A stretch of DNA of 64,000 nucleotides from Terriglobia bacterium (GCA_963748015.1 CAVVHE010000008.1:448001-512000), one strand, 5' to 3'. Shown: positions 11,501 through 25,096, counted from the first letter of the stretch. Notes: generated from the letters alone by a model not told the origin. Made by a program: numbers and translations.

Positions 11501-14118
11501 GCTGCCAGCACGCGGACAACTGCCCCGGCGGCCAGAGCTGCAACCACACGTCGGGCGTCTGCGAAGCCGGACCCCAGACGGTGACGTTCCAGCAGGGGAC
11601 GGCGGGCTACGCGGGAGAGGTGGACACCTACCTGGAACAGAGCAACCCGACGACGGGCCACGCCACGACGACCCCGATCATGATCGACGGGTCGCCGGTA
11701 GTCCAGGCTCTCCTCCGCTTCGGGCAGGTGTTCGTGCCCGAGGGAGGCCCGATCCCGCTCGGCTCGACGATCTCGTCGGCGACGATCACGATCAACGTGA
11801 CGAACATCAGCGTGGACGGCGCCGAGCTCTTCCGGATGCTGGTCCCGTGGTCCGACACGACGACGTGGAACGGCATGACGGGAGGTATCCAGACGGACGG
11901 CGCGGAGGCCGTCGCAACCTACGACGCCAAGACCACCTACAACACGCTCGGCGCCTGGACGTTCGACGTGACGCCGAGCCTCGCGGCGTGGTCGGCGGGG
12001 GCGGCGAACCACGGTTGGGCATGGCTCCCGCCGGTGGCGGGGACCGATTCCTGGCAGTTCGACTCCGCGGAGGGAACGACGGTCGCGAACCGGCCGAAGC
12101 TCACGGTGACCTACATCTCGCCGATCACGACCTGCACGTCGAACGGGCAGTGCGACGACGGGCAGTGGTGCAACGGCGCGGAGACCTGCAACCTCGCGAC
12201 CTCGACTTGCCAGGCGGGCACGCCGCCGAATTGCGCTGATGGCGTGGCCTGCACGACGGACTCCTGCAACGAATCCACGAATTCCTGCGAGCACGCGGCG
12301 AATCACGCCGTGTGCAGCGACGGCAATGCCTGCACCGACGACGCGTGCGATCTCGTCAACGGTTGCGTCCACGCCTTCAACACGGTCGCGTGCAGCGACG
12401 GGAACGCCTGCACGGCCGGTGACGCTTGCTCCGGCGGCGTCTGCGTCGGAGGGGCGCCTCCGAACTGCGACGACGGCGTCGCCTGCACGGACGATTCGTG
12501 CAACACGTCGACGGGCTGCCTGCACGTGTCCAACTGCACGACCGGTCAAACCTGCAATCCGACTTCGGGACTGTGCGAAACCTCGCAGGCACCTCCGCTG
12601 CCGATCAACGTCGGCGACACGTGGAAGTACTACAAGGGAACCGCCGAGCCTTCCACCGCCTGGACCGCGATCGCCTTCGACGACACGGCATGGCTGTCGG
12701 GAGCGAGCGGGTTCGGCTTCGGAGCCGACTGCGTGGCTCAGCGCGGGACCGTGCTGAGCGACATGCAGAACGCGTACGTGAGCGTCTACCTCCGGCGGCA
12801 GTTCCGCGTGGACATCCCGGCGGTGGTCGCGACGCTCGCCTTCACGGTGGACTACGACGACGCGTTCGTCGCGTATCTCAACGGGACGGAAGTCGCGCGA
12901 CGGAACGTGGTCGGGACCCCGCCGAGCTACACGCAATTGGCGACAGCGGACCACGAGTGCTCGAGCTGCAACAGCACCTGCAACGCGGCGGAGGTCATAG
13001 ACCTGACGTCCTACCGAGGGCTGCTCGTGTCCGGGACGAACGTGCTGGCGATCCAGGCGCACAACCTGACCTCCGGCAGCACGGACTTCACGATCTTGCC
13101 GACCATGGCCGCGACGACGGGCGGTTGCACGGCCAACGCGCAGTGCGACGACGGGCTCTACTGCAACGGCGCGGAGACCTGCAACCTGGCGACTTCGACG
13201 TGCCAGGCGGGCACGCCGCCGGTGTGCGTCGACGGGAACATCTGCACCGCGGACAGCTGCAACGACGCGACCGGGTGCGTGTTTGCCCCGCTCGTGGCGG
13301 GAACGTCGTGCAGCGACGGACTGCCGTGCAACGGCAGCGAGACCTGCAACGGCTCCGGCGCATGCGTGTCCGGGTCGCCGCCGGATTGCGGCGACGCCAA
13401 CCCGTGCACGACCGATGGTTGCACGGATCCCGGCGGCTGCACCCACATCCCCGTGGCCGCCGGAACCGCGTGCGACGACGGCCTCTACTGCAACGGGGCG
13501 AACGCCTGCGACGGCGCGGGAACCTGCCAGGCCGGCACGGCGCCGAGCTGCGACGACGGCGTCGCGTGCACCGCTGATTCCTGCAACGAGAGCAGCGATG
13601 CCTGCGAGCACGCGCCGTGCGCGATGACCGTGGCTGCGGAGGGGTCGCGGTACATCGCGGTGACGCCGCCCGCGGGCCTCGCCTCGGTGGCGCTGAGGGT
13701 TACCGGCCCACTGGCGTGCCTCCCGACGTACATCGACGCGGACGGCCGCGCGACTTCGCCGGCGCCGGTCTTCAGGTCCTCGGCCGACTGGGGGACCGTG
13801 CACGTCAACGGACGTCTGATCATTCCAACGACGACCTACATCGTGTTCGCGGAGGTGACCGCGGGCACGCCGATAGGATCCGGAGCCGCCACCACCTGGC
13901 TGTGGGGCGACGCCGACAACGCGAACGGCATCGACCTGTTCGACATCCTCTGCGTCCTCGACGGATCGAAGGGGGTGTTCACGCACTGTACGCTCCGCGG
14001 CGGCGACCTCATGGACTTCACGCCCGACGGGGCCGTGAACGCAGCCGACGTCAACGCGGTGCTGGAAAGCTTCCAGTCGCTGCCTTACCCCGACTCCAAC
14101 CCCTGCGCCGGGAGGTGA
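5598..14118 (+). CDS. Giant secreted protein (~2,840 aa if joined): lamin-tail domains, Ig-like, CotH kinase-like, beta-helix, Cys-rich repeats, 2x DNRLRE/CBM-like, galactose-binding-like, C-terminal dockerin-like; one extra base at ~9498
   Basis: GGGAGG RBS before ATG 5598 and a signal peptide. VVINEI/M lamin-tail starts. MFDDGAHGDGAAGDG motif. CotH-like RGQSS...PWDTD. ORFs 5583..9530 and 9517..14118 join if one base is removed (HS-[c]-FVANQSVFADDNGM). C-terminal WGDADNANGIDLFDI...DGAVNAADV is a duplicated EF-hand-like motif. Confidence 0.8.
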
Positions 14119-14121
14119 GCC

Positions 14122-17100
14122 ATGAACCGCACACACGACAACCGGGCAGGCATTAGCGCAACGCGTAGCGACGAAAGCGGACGGGGGAGCAGGGCCATGA
14201 GAACGAGACGGTCAGGAGTTCTGGGAAACCGGGGGGCGGCACGCATCGGGATCGTGCTCCTGGCGTTCGCCTTGGCGCTCGGCTCGGCCTTCGCCACCAC
14301 CGCGACCTTCCGGCAGGGCGAGAGCGGGTACGCCGGCACGAAGGACACCTTCCTTCAACAGAATCCGTCCTCCGGCGGTACGAACAACGGCGCGGCACAG
14401 AACCTCAACTGGGACGGGGACGACCCGAACGGGACGGGGTACGACGTCTATTCCCTGCTGCGCTTCGACAGCGTCTTTGGGTCCGGGGCCGGACAGGTGC
14501 CGCTGGGAGCGCAGATCACATCGGCGACCCTATCGTACGTCGTGTACAACAACGGCGCGGACGGCGAGCTTCACGAGGTCCTGGTCACGTGGGATCCGTC
14601 CACGGCGACCTACAACTCGTTCTGCGGAGGCGGATGCAGCGAAGGGCTCCAGTACGGCGCCACGGTTGGAACCGCGCCGGCGGGGTCGGCGGCGCTCCAA
14701 TCGGCGGACGTGACGGCGACCGTGCAACGCTGGTCCGACGGCACGGCCAACCGCGGCTGGTTCATCGTCACGGCGGGAACGGACGGGGTGGACGTCCGTT
14801 CGAGCGAGTGGACGACGGTCTCCGAGCGGCCGGTCCTCAGGATCGTTTACAACGAAGGGCCGCCCACTTCCAACTTAGTGCGGCAACCGTACCTTCAGCT
14901 CGTGACCCCGACCTCCATGACGATCGTCTGGAGGACGGACGTCGCGACCAACAGCCGCGTCCAGTACGGCACGGTGTTCGGCACGTACGACCTCGCGGCC
15001 ACGAACGCCACCGCCGGCACCGACCACTACGTCACGATCACGGGCCTGACGCCCTCGACGAAGTACTACTACACGGTCGGCTCGACCACGACGCAGCAGG
15101 GCGGGGGTACGGCCGAGCACTACTTCACGACCGCCCCGACCGTGGGTACCTCGCCGCGCGCCTTCCGGTTCTGGATCTTCGGCGACTCGGGAATCTGCAG
15201 CGACATCCAGAACCAGGTCCGCAACTCGATGGTGAGCTACGTCTCCACGCACCCGCCGGCGCCCGATCTCTTCCTGCACGCGGGGGACGTGGCGCAGGTG
15301 TCCGGCGCGGACGACGAGTACACCAACTGCCACATCGCCTACTACACGACGGTCATGCGCCACACGCCGTTCCTCCCGGCGATGGGGAACCACGACAGTT
15401 ACTCGACGACGTGCCAGGATCCCGGGCTCTGCACCGGGCCTTACTTCAGCACGTTCGTCCTGCCGTCGGGCGGGGAGATGGGCGGCGTCGCGTCGAACAC
15501 CGAAGCCTACTATTCGTGGGACTACGGTAACGCGCACTTCATCGTGCTGAACGGCGCGAACGTCAGCCGCTCCTCGACGGGGCCGATGGCGAACTGGCTC
15601 CGCAACGACCTTGCCGCGACCACGCAGCAATGGGTGATCGCCTACTGGCACCAACCCCCGTACACGAAGGGCACGCACGACTCGGACACCGAGGGCGACC
15701 TCATCGAGATGCGGCAGAACATCCTGCCGATCCTCGAGGCGGCGGGGGTGGACCTGGTCCTGAACGGTCACTCCCACGGGTACGAGCGCTCGTACCTCGT
15801 CGACGGGACGTACTCGACGCCGACGCCGACCTACTCGACGCTTCTGTCCCAAGGGCACATCGTGGACAGCGGGGACGGGAAGCCGGCCGGAGCCGGGGAG
15901 TATCTGAAGAGCTCCGGCAAGACGCCTCACGAGGGAACGGTCTACGTGGTCACGGCCACCGGCGGCCAGGGACCGGGCGGGGCGCACGGTCACCCGGTAA
16001 TGTACTACTCGGAATCCGCAAACGGCTCGACCCTGGTGGACGTCGGATCGAACGAGCTGAACCTCACGTTCCTGCGCAGCGACGGCGTCGTCCGGGACAC
16101 CTTCACGATCCGGAAGGGCGACCTCCCGCCTCGCGTGCAGACCGCGGATCCCACGAAGGGGTCCGTACTCTCGACGCTCCCGTACGTCGAGGTAACGTTC
16201 AACATGGCCGTCAGCGGCGTGGACCCGACCGACTTGACAGTGAACGGGACCGCCGCAACCAGCGTTCAGGCGGTAAGCGCCTCGACGTACCGGTTCACGG
16301 GCTACTCCCCGCCGGGACAGGGGACCGTCTCGGTCGTCTTGGTCGCCGACAGCATCGCTTCGGTGGACAACCCCTCGAACATCTTCTCCGGAGACGCGTG
16401 GACCTACACGATCGATCTGACGCCGCCGCGAATCGTCAGCGAAACGCCGACGCGCGGGTCGGTCATCGGCGCGCTCCCATCCGTCACCGTGGCGTTCAGC
16501 AAGCCGGTGACCGGTGTCGCGGCCGGGAACCTCACGGTCAACGGCTCGCCCGCGACGAGCGTCGCGGGGAGCCTGTCGGGCCCCTACATCTTCTCGGGAT
16601 ACGCGGTGCCTCCCAACGGTCTCGTGACGATCGCCCTGGCCGCGGGGAGCATCCAGGACCTTCAGGGCCAGTCGTTTGCGGGAAGCTCCTGGAACTACGC
16701 GCTCACCCGGCGCCTCGTCATCAACGAGTTCCTCTCGTCGAACAACACGGCCGCGACCGACGAATACGGTGAATTCGACGATTACGTCGAGATCTACAAC
16801 CCGACCGACGCGACCGTGGACATGAGCGGGATGTTCCTCACGGATGACCTGGACTCCAAGTCGCAGTACCGGATCCCGACCGGCGTGACGGTTCCTCCGC
16901 ACGGTCATGTCGTGTTCTGGTGCGACTCGACGCCGAGCCAGGGTGCGATGCACACCAACTTCAACATCGCCCGCACGGGCGAGGATCTCGGGCTGTTCGA
17001 CACGGAAGAGAATGGCCTCGCGGCGATCGACACGCTCACGTTCACGACGCAAACGACCGATGTCGCGATGGGACGTTTCCCGGACGGCATCGACGGGTTC

Positions 17101-20100
17101 GTCGTCATGCCGGTGACGCCGGGCGCCGCGAACACGATCTCCTGCTCGAGCGGCTCCGAATGCGCCGCGCTGACCGACGCCTGCAACGTCGGAGTCTGCA
17201 CCGGGAACCGCTGCGTGGGCCAGCCGGCCAACGAGGGCGGGACGTGCGACGACGGCGTCGCGTGCACGGCGCCGGACACCTGCGCCGCCGGCGTGTGCAA
17301 CGGCGGAGTGGACACGTGCCCCTCGGGACAGACCTGCAATCGCGGGACCGGCATCTGCGAAGCGACCGCGCTCGATCCGCTGCCGATCGACGCCGGGGAG
17401 ACCTGGCGCTACTTCAAGGGTACGCAGGAGCCGACCCCGAGCGATCTCACCGCTTGGGCGGGGCGCGGCTACGACGATGGGTCGTGGCTGTCCGGTCCGA
17501 GCGGCTTCGGGTACGGCGCGGATTGCTCGGCTCAGCGGGGCACGCTCCTCTCCGACATGCTGAACACCTATACGAGCGTGTACCTCCGGAAGGCGTTCCG
17601 CGTGGACAATCCCACGCGCGTCACCTCGCTCACGCTGACCGTGGACTACGACGACGCGTTCGTCGCGTATCTCAACGGGACCGAGGTAGCCCGCTCGACG
17701 ACGATGGGCGGGACGCCGGGGACGCCGCCGGCCTACAACTACGCGCTGACCAGCGGAACGAATCACGAGTGCTCGGCATGCGACACCTCGGGGTCGTGCA
17801 ACGCCGCACAGAGCGGTGGACCTCACGGCCTTCGCGAGCCTGCTCGTCGCGGGTTCGAACGTGATCTCGGTCCACGCGCACAACACCACTGCCGCGAGCT
17901 CCGACTTCGCGGTGCTCCCGACTCTCGCGAGCACCGAAAATCTCGGCTGCCTCTTCGACGCCGAGTGCAACGACGGCAACCCCTGCACGGACGACGTCTG
18001 CAACCTGACCACGGGCATCTGCACGAACCCGACCGACGACACGAACCCGTGCACGGATGGTGTCGCCTGCACGACGGACACCTGCTCGGCGGGTGCCTGC
18101 GTGGGGACCAACAGCTGCTTCGGCGGGCAGACCTGCAACCACGCCACAGGGGTTTGCGAGAGCGCCCCGGTAACGCTCACCTTCCAGCAGGGTGTCGGCG
18201 GGTACACGGGGACGGCGGATACCTTCATCGATACCGCCCTGGGAAGCCAGGCTGCGGTCACCCCGATCATCATCGACGGCAGCCCCGTGGAGCAGGTGCT
18301 TCTCCGTTTCGACGGTATCGTCGGCTCGGGAGTGGGACAGATACCTCAGGGCGCCGTCATCTCTTCGGCGACGCTGACGCTCCGGGTAGGAAGTGGCACC
18401 AACGATCAGAGCGCCAACGCCGTCAACTATCACCGGCTGCTTCATCCTTGGGTCGACACCGCGGTATGGGCGGCCTATGGGGTCTCGCCGTGGAACGCGA
18501 CGGCGGGGATCCAGGCGGACGGTGTCGACGCGGTGGCGACCGCCGAGGCGACGGCGACGATGACCACCGCGAGCACCGCCTACCCCGTGACCGTCACGGG
18601 GAGCGTTCAGGCGTGGGCGAACGATCCCACGAGCAACTACGGGTGGGCGATCCTCCCGTCCGGGACGGACGGTCTGCGGCTGGAATCCGCGGAATCCGCG
18701 ACCGCGGCCTACCGGCCCTTGCTGACGGTCACCTACGTGCCGCCGGCTCCCACGTGCACAGGCGACGGGCAGTGCGACGACGGGCAATTCTGCAACGGGT
18801 CGGAGCGCTGCATCGACACGGCCTGCCAGGCGGGGACGCCGCCTAGCTGCAGCGACGGCGTGGCCTGCACGAGCGACTCCTGCAACGAGACGACCGACTC
18901 TTGCGTCCACAACCCGAACGCCTCGCTCTGCAACGACGGCAACGCCTGCACGGACGACTCCTGCGATGCGGTGCTGGGTTGCCAGTACGCGAACAACACG
19001 ACGGCCTGCAGCGACGGGAACTCGTGCACGACCGGCGATGTCTGCAGCGCCGGCACCTGCGTGGGCGGCCCGCCCCCGAGCTGCGACGACGGGATCGCCT
19101 GCACGACCGACGGCTGCAGCACCTCCACGGGCTGCACGCACGTGGACGGCTGCCCCGGCGGCCAGACCTGTAACCACACGACGGGCGTCTGCGAGAGCGG
19201 TCCCGTGACCGCGACGTTCCAGCAGGACGTTTCAGGATACGTCGGGACGCAGGACACGTATCTCTACCAGAGCGGACCGACCACGGTCGAGGGAGGTCTC
19301 GCGAGCTTCAGATGGGACACCGACGATCCGGGAAGCTCCGGCCTGTACGAGTACGGCCTGATCCGCTTCGACAACATCTTCGGAGGCGGTGCGGGTCAAA
19401 TTCCGGTCGGCTCGACGATCAGCTCCGCAACGCTCACGCTCAACGTGACCGACGCCAGCGCGACACCGGTCGGCACGGTTCGCGAGGTCCTGGCGGACTG
19501 GGCGGAGGCGACGGCGACCTGGAACAACTTCGGCGGCGACGCCGGGGTCCAGGCGGACGAGTACGGCGCCTACGTCGCCGATGCTCCGATCGCTCTCGGC
19601 ACGGCCAATCTCGACGTTGCTTCCAGCCTCCAGGCCTGGGTCACGAACCCCTCGGCCGCCCTCGGCTGGATCTTCATCCCGGGCAGCACCAACGGGCTGG
19701 TGGTGGACTCGAGCGAGGCCGCCACGACGGCGAACCGTCCGAAGCTGACGGTCGTCTACTACCCGGCGGCCGGATGCACCGGCAACGCCCAGTGCGACGA
19801 TGGGCTGTGGTGCAACGGGGCCGAGACCTGCAACCTCTCCACCTCCCTCTGCCAGGGGGGCGCGCCTCCCAGCTGCGACGACGGCGTCGCCTGCACGACG
19901 GACTCCTGCAACGAGACGACCGATGCCTGCGCCCACGTGGCCAACGACGCCGCGTGCAGCGACGGCAACGCCTGCACGGACGACACGTGTAACCCATCCC
20001 TGGGGTGCCAGCACGCGAACAACACGGCGTCGTGCAGCGACGGCAACGCCTGTACGACGGGCGACGCGTGCAGCAACGGCACGTGCGTTGGAGGCGCTCC

Positions 20101-23100
20101 TCCGAACTGCGACGATGGCGTCGCGTGCACAATGGACTCCTGCAACGCCTCGACGGGCTGCTTGCACGTTTCGAGCTGCCCGACCGGCAGCACGTGCAAC
20201 CTCGTCTCCGGACTGTGCGAGACGTCGTCCGTCCCGGCCCTGCCGATCAACGTCGGCGACACGTGGAAGTACCTCAAGGGAACGGCGGAGCCTCCGTCGA
20301 GCTGGGCGGCGACGCTGTTCGACGACACCTCTTGGCTCTCGGGGCCGAGCGGCTTCGGCTACGGGACCGACTGCTCGGCGCAGCACGCGACCGTGCTGTC
20401 CGACATGCTGAGCACCTACATGAGCGTGTACCTGCGGCACCAGTTCCGGGTGGACAACCCGGGGACGATCGCGACACTGACCCTGACGGTGGACTACGAC
20501 GACGCGTTCGTCGCGTACATCAACGGGACGGAAGTGGCGCGCAGAAACGTGGTGGGGACGCCGCCGGCCTACTCCCAGGTCGCAACGGCGGACCACGAGT
20601 GCTCGCAGTGCAATTCGACGTGCAACGCGGCGGAGGGCATCGACCTGACGTCGTACAAGGGCCTCCTGACCACCGGGACGAACGTCCTGGCGATCCAGGC
20701 CCACAACCTGACGCTCGCAAGCACCGATTTCACGATCACGCCGTCCATGACGAGCACGGCGAGCCAGAACTGCACGTCGGACGCCCAGTGCGACGATGCC
20801 AACCCGTGCACCGACGACACCTGCAATCTCGGAACGGGGAACTGCTCGAACGTCGTGGACAACACCAACACTTGCAGCGACGGCGTCTCCTGTACGGCGG
20901 ACTCCTGCTCGAACGGGACCTGCGTGTCGGCCGACAGCTGCCCAGGCGGGCAGGCCTGCAACCACTCGACGCAGGTCTGCGAGAGCACGCCCGTGACGGT
21001 CTCGTTCCAGCAAGGTTCGAGCGGGTACACGGGAACGGTGGACACGTTCCTCGTGAAGGGCACGCCCGACGTCAACAACGCCGCGACGACCCCGCTGATC
21101 GTGGACGGCGGCCCGGACGCGGACATCCGGCAGGTTCTCCTCCGCTTCGGGCAGATCTTCGAGTCCGAGGGCGGGACGATCCCCGACGGCTCCGAGATCG
21201 TCTCGGCCTCGGTCACCATCAACGTGACGAACATCAGCGCGGACGGGGCGGAGCTGCACCGCATGCTCGTCCCGTGGTCCGGCACGGCGACGTGGAACAG
21301 CCTCGCGGCGGGTGTCCAGAATGACGGGGTCGAGGCGGTGGCGACGTACGACGCCAAGACCACCTACAACACGCTCGGAGTCTGGACCTTCGACGTCACG
21401 CAAAGCCTCGCGGCCTGGTCCGCGGGGGCGGCCAACCTCGGCTGGGCGTGGCTCCCGCCGGCCGGCACCTCCGACTCGTGGCAGTTCGACTCGTCGGAGG
21501 GTTCGACGGCGGCGAACCGGCCGAAGCTGAGCGTCACCTACAGGGCTCCGAGCGGCGTGCAGGCGCGCATGGCCTGCGCGCTCGGCAGCGGGAGCGCCGG
21601 GCCGGGCGGCACGGTGTCTCTCACCACTTATCTCGAGAACCTGGGCCATCTCCAGGGTGTTCGCGGGTATCAGACCCAGCTGACGATCACCCGCACCTCG
21701 GGCTCGGGAACCGTCGGCGTGACCTGTCCGGGCGGCGTGTCCATCCTCGACTCGCGAACCGACTACCTGTTCTTCGGCTCCTCGAACGACTACCCGGCGA
21801 CCAACTGCGGCCTGATGAGGGCGGCGTCGGCGCTGGACCAGGGCAGCGTGACCCTGGGCACGACCACGCCGGCGTACCTGTCGAGCTACGTGCTCGGTGT
21901 CGGGTCCGACGCAGCCCTCGGGAGCACGTTCGAGATCTCCTTTGCTCCCTATCCCGGCTCGGCGCTGGCGGACGAGAACGCAGATCCGGTCGCATTCGAG
22001 GCCGGCCCGGTCTGCGTTCTGACCATCCTCGGATGCGGTTCGAACTCCCAGTGCGACGACGACAATCCGTGCACCGACGATGTCTGCACGGCCGGCGTGT
22101 GCCAGAACACTCCGAACGCGGCATCCTGCGACGACGGGGATGCGTGCACCACGAACGACACCTGCTCCGGCGGCGTCTGCGCGGGCGGAACCCCGCTCTC
22201 GTGCGACGACGGCAACGTCTGCACGACCGACAGCTGCAACCCGGCAACCGGATGCGTCCACACGAGCAACGCGGGACCCTGCGACGACGGGAACGCGTGC
22301 ACGACGAGCGACACGTGCTCGGGCGGGTCGTGCGTCGGCGGGCCTGCGCTGGTCTGCGGCGACGGCAATGCCTGCACGGACGACACCTGCAACCCGGCCT
22401 CGGGATGCATCTACACCAACAACACCGCGCCCTGCGACGACGGGAACGCGTGCACGACCGGCGACGCTTGCGCCGGCGGGATTTGCGTCGGCGGCGCACC
22501 GCTCGACTGCAACGATCTCGACCCGTGTACCGCCGACTCGTGCAGCGCGGGGCAGTGCCTCCACGTCCCGGTCTGCGGGGTCGCCGGCGCCGTCCGCTAC
22601 TACCGCAACAGCGCGAGCGACAGCGAGCCGAGCGCGAAGCCGACTCCGAACGTCGGGATCGACGCGACGCAAGACCTCCTGGCCGACGCGACCACGGGTC
22701 CCGCAGGCGACTACGCAGTCGCGGGTCTCCACGGTAACGTCACGGTCAGGACGCTCAACAAGCTCGGCAGCCCGAGGGCCTCGGACCACAACGGGGCCGT
22801 CAGCTCCTTCGATGCCTCCGCGATTTCGCGCTACGCGGTGGGCGCCGACCCGCTGTCTCAGAACCAACGGATCGCGGGAGATGTCTCCGGCAACGGCGCG
22901 GTGACCTCCTTCGACGCGGCCAGGGTCGCGCAGTTCGCGGTGGAGATGATCGATCACTTCGAAGTGGCGACCTCCACCGGCTCCGACTGGAAGTTCCTCC
23001 GCTGCGACCTCTATGCCGACGCGTACAACCAGAACTGCGCGGCGGCCTCCTACAGCCACACCCCGCTCACGGGGACGGCCACCGACAACTTCTACGCCGT

Positions 23101-23683
23101 GCTGTACGGCGACGTGACCGGCAACTGGCAGCCGGTCACGGCGTTCTCCTCGTCCGCTTCGACGAGAACGGACTCGGCGGAGGCGGCGGCGTTCGCGGAC
23201 GACCGCCGGATCGCGAGCGAGGTGCGCTCGATGGCGGGCCTCATCCCGAGGCGGCCCGACGGCATGACGGCGGCCGTCCTCACCCTGAAAGGCGTTCAGG
23301 CCCTGTCGGCGGTGGGAACGACGGTCGAGCTCGGGCTCGACCTCGGCAACGCCGACGGGATCGAGGCGCTGGACCTCAGGCTTCTCTACGATCCGAGCAG
23401 GATCCGGATCGTGGACGCCCGAACGGGCGAGCTGGCGGCGCGGTTCCACCTCGCGACGAACGACACGGGCGGCGACCGTCGGATCGGTCTGTACGGCATC
23501 CTGCCGATCCAGGGCTCCGGGCGGCTCGTGACCCTCACGGTCGAGGTCCTCAGGCCCGGCCGGACCTCCGATGCGCTCGCGATCGAGGCGAGCGCGAACG
23601 AGGGCCGGATCCCGCTCCACGTTCGCGGAGCCGGCAGGGGGAGGCCGGATCTCGGGGGACGCAAGGAAGGACAGACCGACTAG
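14122..23683 (+). CDS. Giant secreted protein (~3,190 aa if joined): DNRLRE, purple-acid-phosphatase-type metallophosphoesterase, Ig-like, lamin-tail, Cys-rich, further DNRLRE and galactose-binding-like domains, dockerin-like and C-terminal cohesin-like; one extra base at ~17815
   Basis: GGAGG-TGA-GCC-ATG coupling to the upstream gene (alternative ATG at 14197). Metallophosphoesterase motifs GDSG, GDVAQ, GNHD, YWH and GHSH follow an FN3-like domain. ORFs 14122..18846 and 17816..23683 join as CNAAQS-[g]-VDLTAFASLL, matching the paralogous CNAAEVIDLTSYRGLL. GDVSGNGAVTSFDAARVAQ is dockerin-like. Confidence 0.8.
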
Positions 23684-23709
23684 ACCGGAACGCGCAACGC
23701 AGGATAGAC

Positions 23710-23745
23710 GGGCCGGGGGCGCATCGCGCCCCCGGCCCTTTTCTT
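23710..23745 (+). terminator. Rho-independent terminator
   Basis: 13-bp stem GGGCCGGGGGCGC / GCGCCCCCGGCCC, 3-nt loop, followed by TTTTCTT. It lies between convergent genes. Confidence 0.85.
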
Positions 23746-23750
23746 AGCGC

Positions 23751-24749
23751 TCAGCGGACCCTGAGGTTTTGAGGGGCCGCCGGCGGGACGGGGCCGCACT
23801 GGGAGCCCGTGCCGCCGGTGCTGCAGTACACGTCGGTGCAGAGGACCATGGACCGGTAGTCGTAGCTCCCCGGCTGGTCGTCCACGAACATCATGCGGCC
23901 GCTTCCCCAGTCGAACCCCTCGATCATCCCGTTGGGCGGCTCGATGAAGGAGCCCACCCTCGTCTGGAAGTCCCGGCTCGTCACGCAGACGGTGTCCCTG
24001 GAATCGCTCTCGAAGTAGAAGCGGTCGTCGATCCAGTCGTACTTGAACTCGGAGGTGTCCTGCCCGGTGTCGGACGACGGCCAGCCGCAGGCGGCCGAGA
24101 GATCGAACCCGGCGGCGTCCACGACGTGCACGTTGTACCCGCTGTCGAGATAGAACCTCTTCAGGATCGGCCCCCACTGGCGCGCCGAGATGAGGAAGCA
24201 GCCGCCGTAGAGGGCGCCGGGGCAGGCGACGGTGTCGGGGTAGAAGGTCAGCCCCTCGCTGTTGCTCGCGGTCACGAACGATCCGATCGGGATCGAGTCC
24301 CGGATCGGGGTGATGGCGCCGCCGTCCTCGCACCTGGCGAGCACGTTGGACACGCTCCAGATGCAAAGCTGCTCGCCGTTCTCGTTGTGATCCACCAGGA
24401 TGTCCTGGAAGCCGTTCCGGTTGTACGGGTCCACGAGGGTCAGATCCTCGTGGTCGAAGTACCCCCCGCAGGTGATGCTCGCCGTGTGCCCGGCGGTCCC
24501 GTATTGCGTCCCGTCCGCGTTGAAGCACCAGATGCGGTGGTAATCCGCGTCCTGATCCACCGCGAGCCACTTCTGGTGCGCGGGAACGTAGACCACGCTG
24601 GACATGTCGGTCAGTTGCGCCGGCGACGTCCCGGGCTCCCTTGGCCACGGCAGCCGGGTGCAGGTGGCATTGTCGGAGCTGTGGATCGCGGCCTGCGCCA
24701 GGCCGCCGGCCGCGAGCAGCGACAGTGTGAGAAGCACGCTCTTTCGCAT
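23751..24749 (-). CDS. Secreted beta-propeller protein (SdiA-regulated/phytase-like), Cys-containing
   Basis: Signal peptide MRKSVLLTLSLLAAGGLAQA. Repeated blade motifs SSVVYVP, HEDLT, SEGLTFYPD, SEFKYD and IEGFDW. C-terminus PPAAPQNLRVR. The family call is by eye. Confidence 0.65.
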   Translation of the reverse strand: MRKSVLLTLSLLAAGGLAQAAIHSSDNATCTRLPWPREPGTSPAQLTDMSSVVYVPAHQKWLAVDQDADYHRIWCFNADGTQYGTAGHTASITCGGYFDHEDLTLVDPYNRNGFQDILVDHNENGEQLCIWSVSNVLARCEDGGAITPIRDSIPIGSFVTASNSEGLTFYPDTVACPGALYGGCFLISARQWGPILKRFYLDSGYNVHVVDAAGFDLSAACGWPSSDTGQDTSEFKYDWIDDRFYFESDSRDTVCVTSRDFQTRVGSFIEPPNGMIEGFDWGSGRMMFVDDQPGSYDYRSMVLCTDVYCSTGGTGSQCGPVPPAAPQNLRVR

Positions 24750-25096
24750 CATCGGTTCCTGTTCGTCCGCGAGCGCCGAGGTGTCCGTCGGGCAGCCAGT
24801 TGCCCGCCGCAAGATCGAAATCGGGTCCTAGCCTCGGCCCCGAGGCGTCGACGACGGAGAATATGACGCCTCGAGAGCCGGAATGCCCGGTCTCCCGGGC
24901 GCAGTAGTAGCAATATTACTTCCCGGGGCGCCTGGAGGGCGGCCGGTCGGCAGGGTGGCGGGAAGCCGTTCCTTTCGAGCCGCCGACGGTGCTCGCGAGC
25001 CGACCGGATCTACCGGCAGGCACGAGGCAAAATTACGAACCCGTAACCCTAGTCACGGTAATGCGCTCCGACGCGGCGGCGCCCCTCCGGGGTGGA

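Noticed and set aside
17816..18846. C-terminal ~340 aa of ORF 14122..18846
   Set aside because: This is out-of-frame read-through after the frameshift at ~17815. The real protein continues in the frame of 17816..23683.
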